The translations under genes were made by a program, and so were the position numbers. Below the pieces are notes generated by a model. The model was not told the DNA's origin. It searched no databases and saw nothing but the letters and a program-made list of their open reading frames with translations. A DNA stretch of 64,000 nt from Asterias rubens (taxonomy: Eukaryota): the NCBI RefSeq assembly GCF_902459465.1, contig NC_047069.1:9548001-9612000 (forward strand). Reading direction: 5' to 3'. This document shows positions 13,680-26,544 of this stretch, piece by piece (positions within the stretch are counted from its first letter, which is position 1; each line of letters opens with the position of its first letter).

Positions 13680-13716
13680 GTCTCAACCTTTCGACTAAAG
13701 CTAATCGTCAGGAGAC
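13680..13716 (-). ncRNA. Degenerate minimal type-I hammerhead ribozyme motif
   Basis: The minus strand reads GUCUC-CUGACGA-UUAGCUUUAGUC-GAAA-GGU-U-GAGAC: a perfect 5-bp stem I and intact CUGANGA and GAAA. Stem II looks shortened (inferred ~3-nt deletion) and the palindromic stem III ACGU is mutated to AGGU. Confidence 0.65.
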
Positions 13717-16532
13717 TGAAGAAATATGAAAGAAGTGGGAGTATAGGAGGTCGGAGGTTTCAGTGTAGAATCAGTCACTACTCTGATTGGTTCTATGGGG
13801 AGCATATTGTTGAACCCAGAATAATCTAGAGTGCATTCAATGGAAGTACATAATGTGACTGTAAAAGTTGCTGGTGTAAAAAAAAGGCTTTTGTGAAAAT
13901 GGTTGGCATGGCATCTCAATTATATTTGTTGATGTTGTAACATTTTGATCTTCAGCAATCTAACTCTATGCATATTTGATGCCCTTCAATCACCTATAGG
14001 CAAATTGGGTGGGACTCGAACCCACAACAATCTGCATGGTAGTGCAGATGTCATACCTTACACCAATAAGATTGCATATAAATGCTCAAAAGTATATGCA
14101 TCTACTTTGCTGAAACATCAAAACCATTATGATATAAAAAATATATACAGAGTTGTTCCTTCAAGTAAACATGGGAAACTAAGTCAGAAATTGAACCCAG
14201 AACCATGTTATACAGAATGGAAGCACATGTACAAAGCTTTTACAAATAGAGCTGTTGTGAAAATACTTGGTGTGGCATTCAAATATTTCTGAATGCTTTG
14301 ATGATTTCACTCACCCTACGGCTATAATGCCTTAGGGCCATTACATGGCATACTTTAATGACCATTTCCAAGGGTTATGCTGGAAAAAAAGTGCAGCTAG
14401 ATTGATCAGATCTGGGAATGAGATTTGGGTTGGAATTGAACCCATTACAATCTGAACGGTAGTCCAGATGTCTTACATCAGCTTACCAAGATTGTATGTC
14501 AATGATTAATTGAAACAAGGTTTTATATGTAGTTTGCTGAAGCACAAAAATTAAAAAAAAACAGTTATGATTTGAAAAGATGTTGAGAGTTTTTCCCTTC
14601 AATACACTTTAGGACACTATGAGAGGAGTTGAACCCAGAACTATCTCAATACACTCAATTACCCACTCAGTTAGACAGGGGTGGTCAAGGTTAAAACAAA
14701 AGTAGCAAAAATGTAAACAGGATGTGTAAAACCAGACCCCTGCCAACGATATAATCTATTAATATATATATACAATATAAAAAAAATACATATGTACAAT
14801 GTAAAAAATATATCTATATACAAAATTTAAAAAATATATATATAAAAAGGAGATTGCACTAAGATATTTCAATGATATATATACAATATAAAAAGGAGAT
14901 TGCACTAAAATATTTCAATGATATATATATACAATATAAAAAGGAGATTGCACTGAAACCTTATAAAAATCAAACAAACGAAAGCGTTAAAACACAAGCA
15001 CACCCAGCTGGAAGCCCTGGATAAATTGGGTAGCATTATCAGATGAACTTGTTATTTGCTTTGCAAATTCTTCGCCTTCATTCAAATGAAATACCATACA
15101 TTTTGCCAAATTCATTAAAGACTTGCTGGAATTTACTGTACAATTCTCTGTTCTTTTCCCCATAAGATTAATTTATTTTAAATAAATCAGATTAGAGTGA
15201 ACCATTAGCTATACATGTATTGTAGACCATGAGTTTCACCACACCATAAATAATTGAACTAATGTGGATAAAAAGGTACAAAATCACAGAGGGATCTCGA
15301 CCCAAACAGATAAGGTTATACAAGATGCATAGATGAATATCTGCATCATGTCATCCTGCTGGACTGAACAGTGAGCCTAGGACTAGAAAAGTTGGTATAG
15401 GAGCATTGTGTTAGAGCAGGGTGTACTTTGGTAGATACTCCAAGGTAAAGAACTATACACATTTATGACATCAGGTAAATAGCACTGAAGAGCTGTAAGT
15501 TAGAAACACTGCTAGAAATGACCCACTTTGAAGAATGCAGTTTTAGAGAAAAAGGTAATTTTTCACAAACAGTTTTGAATCTGTGAAAGGCTTTACACAT
15601 GAAGCCTCTTTGAGGCATGTGAAAGCATTTAGTTCTATGCAATTATTTCTTTCAGTATTTTCTTGCAACTTTGTTGGCTGATGATGGAGGGCCAAATTTG
15701 TACAGATTTGTTATTTTATGCTTATGTTGTGATACACAAGTGAGGATAATGTATTACCAAAAGTATACCCTGCCGCTTTAAAGATGCGATGTAAAAAGAC
15801 TTCTGTAAAATACCCACAGAAACTTGTCAGAAACAGAGTGGCACTAGCATAATTCTGATTCCATTCAACTATAGTCCAAACGTACATCAATATATTGTTT
15901 GACATTCAACATGCATGTGTGTACAAATATTTGGATTTTTTTTCCCTTAAAATGTCCCCGCTCTCTCACACTTGAGATTCACCCATTCAATTTATCACGT
16001 CTCACACATTAAAACAAAAATTGTAAACTCAAAACCTGTAGCCGTATACTTCAGAATGAAATTTTGTTAAAACACTTTTTCTGAGCACAAAAGAAGTTTG
16101 ATTTATCCCGTAAAATAAAATTGTCTGTCTGTGAACCTCTTTTCAGTGAAACACTAAACTTAAGTAATGACATCCAAATAAATTTTTTTTGGGAATACTT
16201 TTTGGGCAAATAATGCCAAATGTGCTAACTTTAGATTATTCTAAATAAGAGTGTTCTTTTTGTCTCACTTTAGTACTGTATACTACTTGAATATGACAAA
16301 AATGTAGCTGGTAGATGGAACATGCAGGTGAAGTGGAAGATGGGAGGTGTTGTTACTACAGGCCCGTAGCTTGGGGGACACTATTATTGTTAGAGCTGAC
16401 TAATGGCTAGTAAGATTCCAAATCCCTGCTGGGCCTAAAAATGGTGCCACTGGTGACAGCCTGCTCTATTAATTGTTCTGCAAAGTGATTGTGTCTACTT
16501 TGAGCAGGCTAGGCAAGCCCCGCCCACCTTCT

Positions 16533-16605
16533 CTGTGACAGGTTGTAACGGGCTACAGAATACCGTTAGCGATGCAAGCTGATATAAGCACCTGACCTGA
16601 CAATG
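16533..16605 (+). mobile_element. Dispersed ~70-bp hairpin element ending in (ACCTG)2; probable LINE/SINE 3' end
   Basis: CTCTGTGACAGGTTGTAACGGGCTACAG.TTACCGTTAGC.GATGC...CACCTGACCTGAC occurs at ~16533, ~17418, ~21502, ~22835 and ~24112. Confidence 0.55.
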
Positions 16606-19600
16606 TGTGATGAGAAAATTTGCTATAAGCGATCGATTTGTTTTTGATGATGAGAATTGAGAAGAACAAATGTTTTTTGCAAAAAAATTGTTCTTCTCTT
16701 TTTACATTATTTATTCAGAAGTTTCCTGAAGAGAGTATATAGGGGACAGGGGGTGGCCCTCGGGCCCAAGGGCCACCACCTGGATCCACTGCTAAAGATA
16801 GTATGTACCTCATCCCCAGGAAAGTACTTAAGTAAGTGAGTCAATAATAAGATATAATGTGAATTGAAATGTGAACTAAGATTTTCTTGAGATGTAATTT
16901 AAGGAGTAGTGTCGCTACGGGCCTGTTGGACCCAATTTCAAGCTGAAGCTTGAGACTGATCAACCATTGAAATTAACTGTACAAATGATTGCTTTGTAAG
17001 TACAAAGTATGTACAAGACATGTAAAAGTAGACCCAAGTGTCATATGCATCTGACACTTGGGTCTTTTATCTACAAATAAAGTACTGCCACAACCAATGA
17101 AATGCATTCATGGGTTCTGTTAATTGTTTTGATATACACATTTTTGCTTCCAGGATGGATTTTTAATTAGTTCTAATTTGCAAAGCACAAGCAGACAAAT
17201 TAGTCAAGCGGATGGACTGTTTATAAATAGTTCCACAGTATTTTCTGGCTCGTCAAATAATTTTGAAAGACATTAAAACCAGTCTGCTTCACAGCTTTAT
17301 GAAATTGGGCCCTGCTGTTAACTTTTGAAGAAACCAGTCCTCACCACCATGATGTTTGGATGGTGGCATCATGCTATACAATGCAGTGGTGTTTTGTAGC
17401 AGGGTGAGGAGGGCCCTCTCTGTGGCAGGTTGTAACGGGCTACAGGTTTACCGTTAGCAGATGCAAGCTAATATAAGCACCTGACCTGACCGATGTAATG
17501 TAATGGTGTGCCTTATGCAATAGGAAGTAGCTATATGCCCTATAAATGTAGCCTTAGTATTTCTGGCTAACCATAACGACACCTAAATGCCATCACAATC
17601 CCACCACCCCCTCCATAAACTCATACTTGTACTCATTATGTTGTACATTTTGTCCTTTGTTTCTGTAAAATTTTTGTTCCTGAGTAGACATACCAATGTT
17701 CTTAACAAGTATATAAACAAACATGACATAATGATCCAAAGTCACTCGAAAAGTATGTATCAATATACCAAAAAATCTATGCAAAATAAATTTATCTTTT
17801 TTACCAAACAAAAGCCTTGAGTACCACTTTTAATCAGTAAACTCCAAGAGCTCCAAAATATGCAACAGTAATTTGATGAAACCCATAAATTGCACTAATG
17901 ATCGTATAGTCCTGAGCAGATGAAATAATATTTCCAAACAATTAGACCCTGATGAGTATTCAATGAAATGTGCATTCTTGTTCTATTCCATTCCATAATG
18001 AGTAAAGCATTTATTGCAAATGGCGGGGGTGGTTGAGACTAATAAACACACAGATTGACAAAACTGACTGGAGTGCGTTTATAAGCCCTGCCTGTTTCCT
18101 CAATGCAGGGACCCTAGCTCACACTCCAGTCACTGGGCAACCATCATCATAGCTACTTCCTTTTAGAGTACCCACATCACCAGCAATCCTAACACAGTCC
18201 AGGAGCATAAATGGCTGCACTACACGCTGATGCTGCACCACTTGCTGTCAATGTCTCTTTTTTACTTTTTAATGACAAACCCATATTGCTAGGTTGTCAT
18301 TAAAATTTTGGTTTATAAACAAATAGGTGTACAAGTTTTGATGGCTTTTTTTTAAGCAGCTCATCTACATTGGTGTCTGCAACTGGTACTGCAATTTTAT
18401 CAAAATAAGAAGAAACAAAAATGTTTTCGAGGAAAATTGCAGCCACTTAGTTAAAATATGCAGCATGGAGGATTGTTCTTGTTAAAAATACTCTTTTTAG
18501 CACACACAAAAAGAACATATGTGAATAATTTGTTTATTTTGAAATTTGTTTCCTCCCCAAAGCCAACTTGTGTTTGTGTTTTTCTCTTTCGATTTTACAG
18601 TAGACCCCAGAGATTTGCAACAAAAGCAATGGGGTCAAGTATTCACACAGCTGAAAAGGCTGCATCAAGTTTCTTTTAAAAACACATGCCATTTTTCCTG
18701 GTTGTATTTGTTGATACAAGAATAGACTGTACACAAAAAGGAAATGTTTTAGTGGTTATTCAATCACTCATTAGCTAATAAGTGATTTTAAGTGGTCAGG
18801 TGCAAGTGTGTCGATGCGCAGGGTTTTAAGTGTGCAGCTCGCATGCAAGATGATTATGCACTACTTTGTTATAAGGATTGGTGGTGATAATGCATTATAT
18901 ATGAGGACAGTTGGTTTGACATCACTAGTTATTTCCCTAAGGGGGGAGAGAGAAGTGGTAATGTCAAGGACTTACCCCCCAATTGATGAAATCTCAATGC
19001 CTGGGCTCCTGATCAAGACACCAAGGCCCTAGTCAGAGACTTGACCTTCTTGGTGCCCACCTGTACAAGCTGTAAGGTGTGATCATCAGGCATTCCTTTG
19101 GCACCTGTGAATAATGAACAGAGCAGAAGCCACTGGAATGGCCGAAGTTCCAAGCCCCGTCTGCATGCCATGCCAACCTTGCAGCATCAAGTTAGGCAAC
19201 TGATGGATAAGAGCTATGTTGATCGTCTGTGCAGCAGCCGGCTCTCTGGCCTCCAGAAAATGTGTTCCTCTGAATGTGTGCTTATCGATGGTTCAGTGGG
19301 AAGAATGTATGTAACTAACAATGCCTGTAAGACTGCAATAAACTTCATTACCGGGGCTCCAACGAGCAAGATGTGAGCCTACAGAGTTGAGCTTGGCATC
19401 TCCCGAGATCCACACAAGTTTCGCCCAGCTCCCTCGTACTAATTTAACCCATCTAGGTACCATTGATGGATTAAATCAGTAGTTATCATCACCGGACTAA
19501 CTTGTGCTGGCGCCATGGACCCCGTTCAATGCCAGCCTCAAGTCTGGACTACATATGCACCTTACGAGTCTACACCCTGTAATGAAGCGCCTTACATTCA

Positions 19601-21309
19601 CTATTAGCCACATACATCCTCCTCATAGAACTATCGACAACCACCCACCCAGATTAACACAGATTCAAGAAGCACTTACGAAGACCCGTCTGACAACACA
19701 GGCAACCACAATAACCCCTATTCCATCAGCTGCTATCCTTAATGGTGCAACATTCGCATACCATACAGCCAGGACCTGATACCCCAGCAAACATCCCAGC
19801 GAACTCCCACCCTGCCATTACCCACAGGAACCGCCGAAATGCCCAACAACCACAGGTCACAGCTTGAGGAGGACATCAGGAAGTGCAAGTGTCTGCCCAG
19901 GGTCTCAGATCTGGATCAGAAGTCCAAACATCAAGAAACCACCAACCAGAAAGCTCCTCCTTGCCAAAACCACTATATTCTCTCTCGGAAACTCCCTGAA
20001 ATAACTAGGTGTCTTTGTCCTCATATGCAACTGGGGTACCCTACTGATGGTGCACACCAAGGACCCCTGGTTTCTTCAAAAGTCTTCCACCTTCACCTGC
20101 ACCATCTCATGTTTTATGGTAGGCTTGGGCAATTTCTATTGGCCTTGGTAACCCATGAATTACCAACATTTATTTGTAATTGCACCCAAGCCTACCTTCC
20201 AAGCTACAGTACTTTTTGTGAGACAAAAAAAAGGCCACAGGTTTTGTTTTAATGCACACACACACATCTCATCACACGTCAGTCTCTCATCATGTAATAC
20301 CAACTCTGTTTCTGACATTAGGTTCTTTCAATTACCCACCAATGATCATGATTTTGGTAGTAGTATTTACACACACCCTCATCAGGTTCATAGTTAGAAA
20401 TTGTTCCAGTTAAAAAGTGTTCCAGTGGTTTTTTTTTTAATGCTGTCTTTTAAACACAATGCTCCTTTTCATTATCAAAGGTAGGTTACAAATGTAAAGT
20501 TAGAATTTAACTTTGAAGTAAGTTTCGTTCAAACAATGGTAGCACCTACGTTCATGCATGGTTTAATTTTAAGTATCTGCAGAGGATGGCCTCTAGAAAA
20601 CCACCCCTTGCCTCCACCATGCACTAATATAGGAAACTGCCTCTGTTTATAAGAAGTTTGACAGATATGAGGCTAATTGGAATCTAATAAATCTCACTGG
20701 TCCAGTCAGCAGGTGAAATTGAGACCTTAATGTTTGGGCCAACTTTAGTGACTTCATGCCCCCAATGAAAAAGGGTGTGACATGGACATAAAATTGTAAC
20801 CATGAGTTGTAAAGTACCAAGGGTGGTGTCACAATTATGTATAAACAAAATTTGTTCGGCCAAAGATAATTTTTCACACTGTTATGTTTTCGCTTTTATA
20901 AAACTAAACTAATGACAATTCTAACTGAACACATCCTGCAGTATGTACTCAATCAAAATACTGTGTGTTTCTACAAGTGGTAAAACTTTACAAATTTCAA
21001 TCCCTATGGTGTGGTGATAGCCAGTACATGTATGGAGCTGTATTGCCCCCCCCCCTCCCAAGTTATTATTTCAATATAATAAAAGTTTCAGAATTGTTAT
21101 TATTTGCCCAATGTTCTGTATTCACATGTAGGCTAAACTTCAAAGTTGAAGACACAAAAACCCAACCTTATTATTGGTATGCATTGGTGTCAAGAAACAA
21201 ACCCTTCAATGTGAAATGAGTGCCAAGTTTTCAAGAATTTGTTCATGGAGATACCAAATTATGGTATTGCTCGAGTGGAAAATCAAACCCTCATTGCCTT
21301 TATGTTCTA

Positions 21310-21374
21310 TAGTTGCGACAAGCGTAACCCTCCTCTCGACGGCTGAAGGGAGGTGGGTTAGGTTATCGCAACTA
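21310..21374. mobile_element. ~65-bp palindromic mini-element (also 22646-22709, 23921-23984; a relative at 51511-51575)
   Basis: TAGTTGCGA(TAACGTAACCCTCC)...(GGAGG.GGGTTAGGTTA)TCGCAACTA; the terminal and inner arms are self-complementary. Confidence 0.7.
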
Positions 21375-21744
21375 AATGTACCAGGGATGTATTCCTGCCA
21401 AGACCACCAAGCAAGGTGGAAGCATAAGAAGTCTTCTGGGTTCTTTTACGTGCACTACCTATCCTATTTTTTGATGAAGCCCCCCACGAACCCCTTCCCC
21501 CTACTCTGTGACAGGTTGTAACGTGCTACAGGTTAACGTTAGCAGGATGCACCTGACCTGACAGGTTGTGATGTGATGATATGAGGTCATAAGAAATAGT
21601 GTAACATTGGTGTACAGAAGTGGGATTTGGATTTACTATAATTTAGAATAATTTAATATAACAACGATTGAACGCTTTCTGCAAGAGTTGCACAGCCAGC
21701 TAAAATATAACAGAAAAGAAACCCCTAATCACATGTGCTGGGGT

Positions 21745-23760
21745 TTCACATGTGCCGTGTCGATCGGACCAACGCCGAAAAGAAGAGTATTTTGCTAGAG
21801 GAGGATCCCCGGATCCAACAACAGCCGAATGGAAGGGAAGGATGCAATGCCAAAATAAAGAGGGTAGTGGATCATTGGAAACCCCACTATTACATGTGCC
21901 GGGTCAGTCACCAACGTCGAAAAGAAGAGTATTTTGCTAGAGGAGGATCCCTGGATCCAACCATAGCCGAATGGAAGGGAAGGAGGCAATGCCAAAATAA
22001 AGAGGGTAGTGGATCAATGGAAACCCTACTAATATGTGTGCCGGGTCAGTCAGACCAACGCCTGACAAAAGAGTATTTCGCTACAGGAGGATCCCCGGAT
22101 CCAACAACAGCCGAATGGAAGGGAAGGAGGCAACGCCCCCCCAAAAAAGGGTAGTGGATCAATGGAAACCCCACTATCACATGTGCCAGATTGGTCGGAC
22201 CAACGCCGAAAAGAAGAGTATTTCGCTATGGGAGGATCCCCGGATCCAACCATAGCTGAATGGAAGGGAAGGAGGGAACGCCAAAATAAAGAGGGTAGTG
22301 GATCAAACCCATCTATCACCTGTGCCGGGTTGGTCGTACCAATGCCGAAAAGAAGAGTATTTCTCTAGGTCCGTCAGACTAACGACAGACAGAAGAGTAT
22401 TTTGCTAGAGGAGGATCCAACCATAGCCGAATGGAAGGGAAGGAGGGAACGCCAAAATAAAGAGGGTAGTTGGGCAATGGAAACTCCTCACATGCGCTGG
22501 GTCCAACTAACGTGGGGCAATGGAAACCCTTTCATACCTATTCTTCCATGATTGGTGTTCCCAGTTCTTTTATGTGCAGTGACAGAATCCACTTGGTATT
22601 GTTTGGGTGAGAAATTACATCCACAACATTTGCCTTTATGTTCTATAGTTGCGATAACGTAACCCTCCTCTCGACGGCCGAAGGGAGGTGGGTTAGGTTA
22701 TCGCAACTACTTTTCCAGGGCTGTATTCCTGCCTAGACCACCAAGCAAGGTGGAAGCATAAGAAGTCTTTTGGGTTCTTTTACGTGCACTACCTATCATA
22801 TTTTTGAAGCCCCCCACGAACCCCTTCCCCCTACTCTGTGACAGGTTGTAACGTGCTACAGGTTAACGCTAGCAGGATGCACCTGACCTGACAGGTTGTG
22901 ATGGGATGATGTGAGCTGGTCATGAGAAATAATGTAACATTGGTGTACAGAAGTGGGATTTGGATCTACTATAATTTAGAAGAATTTAATATAACAACGA
23001 TTGAACGCCGGGTCGGTCAGACCAACGCCGAAAAGAGGAGTATTTCGCTAGAGGAGGATCCCTGGATCCAACCATAGCCGAATGGAAGGGAAGATTCGGC
23101 AATGCCAAAATAAAGAGGGTAGTGGATCAATGGAAACTCCACTATCACATGTGCCAGGTCAGTCAGACCAACACCGGAAATAAAAGTATTTCGCTAGAGG
23201 TGGATCCCCGGATCCAACCATAGCCGAATGGAATGGAAGGAGGGAACGCCAAAATAAAGAGGGTAGTGGATCCATGCAAACCCCACTATGTGCCGGGTTG
23301 GTCGGACCAACGCCGAAAAGAAGAGTATTTCACTAGGTCCGTCAGACTAACGACGGACAGAAGAGTATTTCGCCTGAGGAGGATACTCAGGATCCAACCA
23401 TAGCCGAATGGAAGGGAAGGAGGCAATGCAAAAAATAGAGAGGGTAGTGGATCAATGGAAACCCTACTATCACATGTGCCGGGTTGGTCGGACCAACGCC
23501 GAAAAGAAGAGTATTTCGCTAGAGGAGGATCCCCAGATCCAACAACAACTGAATGGAAGGGAAGGAGGCAACGCCGAAATAAAGAGGGTAGTGAATCAAT
23601 GGAAACCACACTATTACATGTGCCGGGTCAGTCACCAACGCCGAAAAGATGAGTGTTTCGCTAGAGGAGGATCCCAGGATCCAACCATAGCCGAATGGAA
23701 GGGAAAGAGGCAATGCCAAAATAAAGAGGCTCGTGGACCAATGGAAACCCCACGGTCATC
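21745..23760 (+). repeat. Two arrays of ~139-145-bp purine-rich tandem repeats (~21745-22500, ~23005-23760)
   Basis: TGTGCC unit starts at 21751, 21895, 22037, 22182 and 22321. Core: GAAAAGAAGAGTATTTCGCTAGAGGAGGATCCCCGGATCCAACCATAGCCGAATGGAAGGGAAGGAGG. Confidence 0.92.
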
Positions 23761-24748
23761 ACATGTGCTGGGTCCAACTGACTAACGTGGGGCAATGGAA
23801 ACCCTTTGGGTTTATACCTATTCTTCCATGATTGGTGTTCCCAATTCTTTTAAGTGCAGTGACAGAATCCACTTGGTATTGTTTGGGTGAGAAATTCCCC
23901 CTATTTGCCTTTATGTTCTATAGTTGCGATAACGTAACCCTCCTCTCGACGGCCGAAGGGAGGAGGGTTAGGTTATCGCAACCACTTTTTCCAGGGGTGT
24001 ATTCCTACCTAGACCACCAAGCAAGGTGGAAGCATAAGAAGTCTTCTGGGTTCTTTTACATGCATGACCTATCTTATTTTTTGATGAAGCCCCCCACCAA
24101 CCTCTTCCCTCTACTCTGTGACAGGTTGTAACGGGCTACAGGTTACCGTTAGCAGATGCACCTGACCTGACAGGTAGTGATGTGATGATGTGCCTTAAAT
24201 AATTGCATTATGAAATAGCTGTATGCAAACTTAAGTTATTCCTCTTAAAGTGGATGTACACGCGTACATGTACTTATATAGCTTACAAGGTACCAAGAAG
24301 TCAACAACTTCCCATGAAATAATATTGCTTGAAATCATGTATGTTTTTGAAAATGAGCAAAACAAATAGTTTTGATCTTGTGAGTTGCTTGATCAAAAGT
24401 AGCGTGTGATTAAAATTAAGACATTAATCAAGATATTTGCATTTTAAAACAAATAGTTCTGAAAAAAGTAATGCGATTGGTTTTGATCTTGTGAGTTGCT
24501 TGATCAATAACAAAATATTAAAATTAATAACTTAATCAAGTTATTTGCCTTATATACTTTTATTCATCGTACTTCCACAAATACTATACATTTTCACATG
24601 ACGGTACATAGATGGTATTGGTCAACAAATTCTCATGGAATAGTAGTATTGATTGAAATCCTATATGTATTGGAAAAAGAGCAAAACAATAGGTTTTGAT
24701 CCTGTGAGTTTATTGAAAATAAACACAAATTAGCCAAAGTTAATTTGA

Positions 24749-24880
24749 ACACTTCAGAGGGAGCCGTTTCTCACTAGCCAAAGTTTTATACCATCCACCT
24801 CTCCCCATTACTCGTCACCAAGAAAGGTTTTATGCTAATAATTATTTTGAGTAATTACCAATAGTGTCCACTGCCTTTAA
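24749..24880. mobile_element. Right end of a TTAA-flanked MITE (Kolobok-type termini)
   Basis: It ends in GTAATTACCAATAGTGTCCACTGCCT|TTAA, the same TIR family as 42017-42293 and 63161-63195. Confidence 0.7.
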
Positions 24881-25162
24881 ACGTATATCCTTTATGTGTA
24901 TGTGTATGTCTTTGCTCGTTTGCCTTTTATAGTTGTTCAGTGATTTGTATTATCTTCTGAGCTTTTTTATATGTCCTCTCTTGCCTTAATGTATTTTGGG
25001 GGATTTAGGAGACATACGCCTTTAGGTGATAGTTATTTTTTTTACTTTTATGCTCTCCCGGGCACCCCACCGTTGTTTTACTTTGTTTTCTTAAATATTT
25101 TTAATGTGTGCATGTGCTTGTATTAAAATGTGTTTGCCCGAATAAATATTATACAAATTAAA

Positions 25163-25375
25163 AACAGAATTATCATTTTGGGTGACTTCAATGCAAAAGT
25201 GGGACTGAAGATTTGGAAGAGAAAGGACTAGGCCCATTTGGAACCGGAGAGCGGAATGAGAGAGGAAAAAGACTACTGGATTTTGTTTCAAGCAGGAACC
25301 TCTTTATTGGTAACACCCTATTCAAGAAATCACCTAAAAATACTGGACATGGGAGAGCCCAAATGCAAGAGTAGA
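25163..25375 (+). mobile_element. RTE-clade LINE fragment, AP-endonuclease region (frameshifted)
   Basis: Manual translation across frameshifts gives IIILGDFNAKVG..GPFGTGERNERGKRLLDFVSSRNLFIGNTLFKK..YWTWESPN, typical of RTE endonucleases. Confidence 0.85.
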
Positions 25376-25487
25376 CAAGAAATTTGAGCGACTGAAGATG
25401 TTGAAAATACCTAAGAAAAGAAGAATTGACGTTAAAACTGTTTTTTATATGTATTCACTTGTATCAAAACCTCTATTAAATGTATGG

Positions 25488-26544
25488 TGTACCGGGCAGT
25501 GGTACTATCGTCTCTTCTCTACTCAACTGAAACATACACAGTATACCAAAAACACACATCCGGAAACTTATTCAAGTTCAACTCCGCCATCTTCATACCT
25601 GTCACGGAGTGATTTAAGTTTTTTAAAGAATTACTTAAGTTTCCTCAGTTTGCTGGCCGTTATGTATAATACAGGAAGAAACAAGGTTTTAAATAGTTAT
25701 GGCCAAATCGCCGCAATCATGACTTGGCATTTTCTTGTCATTGTGTTGAAGTTCTGTAAAGGTTAGTAAACTTTTGGGGTAGTTTAAAGGTTCTGATTGG
25801 CCAAGAAGGCATCGGACCAATAGTTTTTTTATGTTAAAGGTTTGGAATGCGTGCAAGTCACGAGATCTTACAGCGGGAAGGTATTTTGTGTTAATTTAAG
25901 GGGAACAGAAATTTAGGTGTGTCACTTTGCATTTTGAGATTCCCGAGGAGAGGACTCTGTCAGCCTCGGCGATCGAGTTATTGAGAACTCCTGTATTTTG
26001 CTTATGGGTTATTGAGAGCCCTAAGTATACAGTCATCCAGCCTTAGTTGCATAGTTTTTGCAAACGCAGTTTATTCTGGTGAATGAGACACACAATTTTG
26101 TTGAAGAGACCCGCCACTGTAGAAACCAGGATCGACAAATCGACCTGGTTTTTCCCGCAAGGGTTAAAACGCCACACTTGAGTTGATGTGCTAAACTGAG
26201 GGCTAACAGAAGGCCGGGCAGAGATACGACCCAGTGCCAAAGACTAATTTAAACTTAAAGAAGACTCGGAAGACGTGATGGGAGTGATGTTAAGCTAAAA
26301 CCGAAAGAGACACACACAGAGAGAAAGAGAAGATTGTAATAACCGGCAACCATTATTGAAAGTCATTGATAGGACAACGTTTATTTTATTAATTTTGTGA
26401 AGACACACTCTAATGTAAATTGTAATAAATCGGTATATTTTCTTGTAAATACAAACTTGTTTCCTTTGCCTTCAATTCTCTGTTTGTCCAACAACTACCG
26501 AAGGTCATGGCCACCGAGGTCGGGGAAAGACTCGGGGCGTGACA
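25488..26544 (+). mobile_element. Probable solo LTR (~1.06 kb)
   Basis: It starts TGTACC and ends GGGGCGTGACA, with AATAAA at 26424-26429 in a U5-like T-rich tail. No TSD was found, so the 5' boundary is uncertain. Confidence 0.5.

Larger units (their letters stand above)
21290..24180. repeat. ~1.3-kb tandem duplication (about 2.2 copies) containing a palindromic mini-element, a SINE fragment and a 143-bp array
   Basis: The block TTGCCTTTATGTTCTATAGTTGCGA...CACCTGACCTGACAGG recurs at ~21295, ~22630 and ~23905. Confidence 0.9.

Noticed and set aside
17945-17975. CTGATGAGTATTCAATGAAA as a hammerhead
   Set aside because: Stem II has at most two weak pairs and there are no stem I/III partners.
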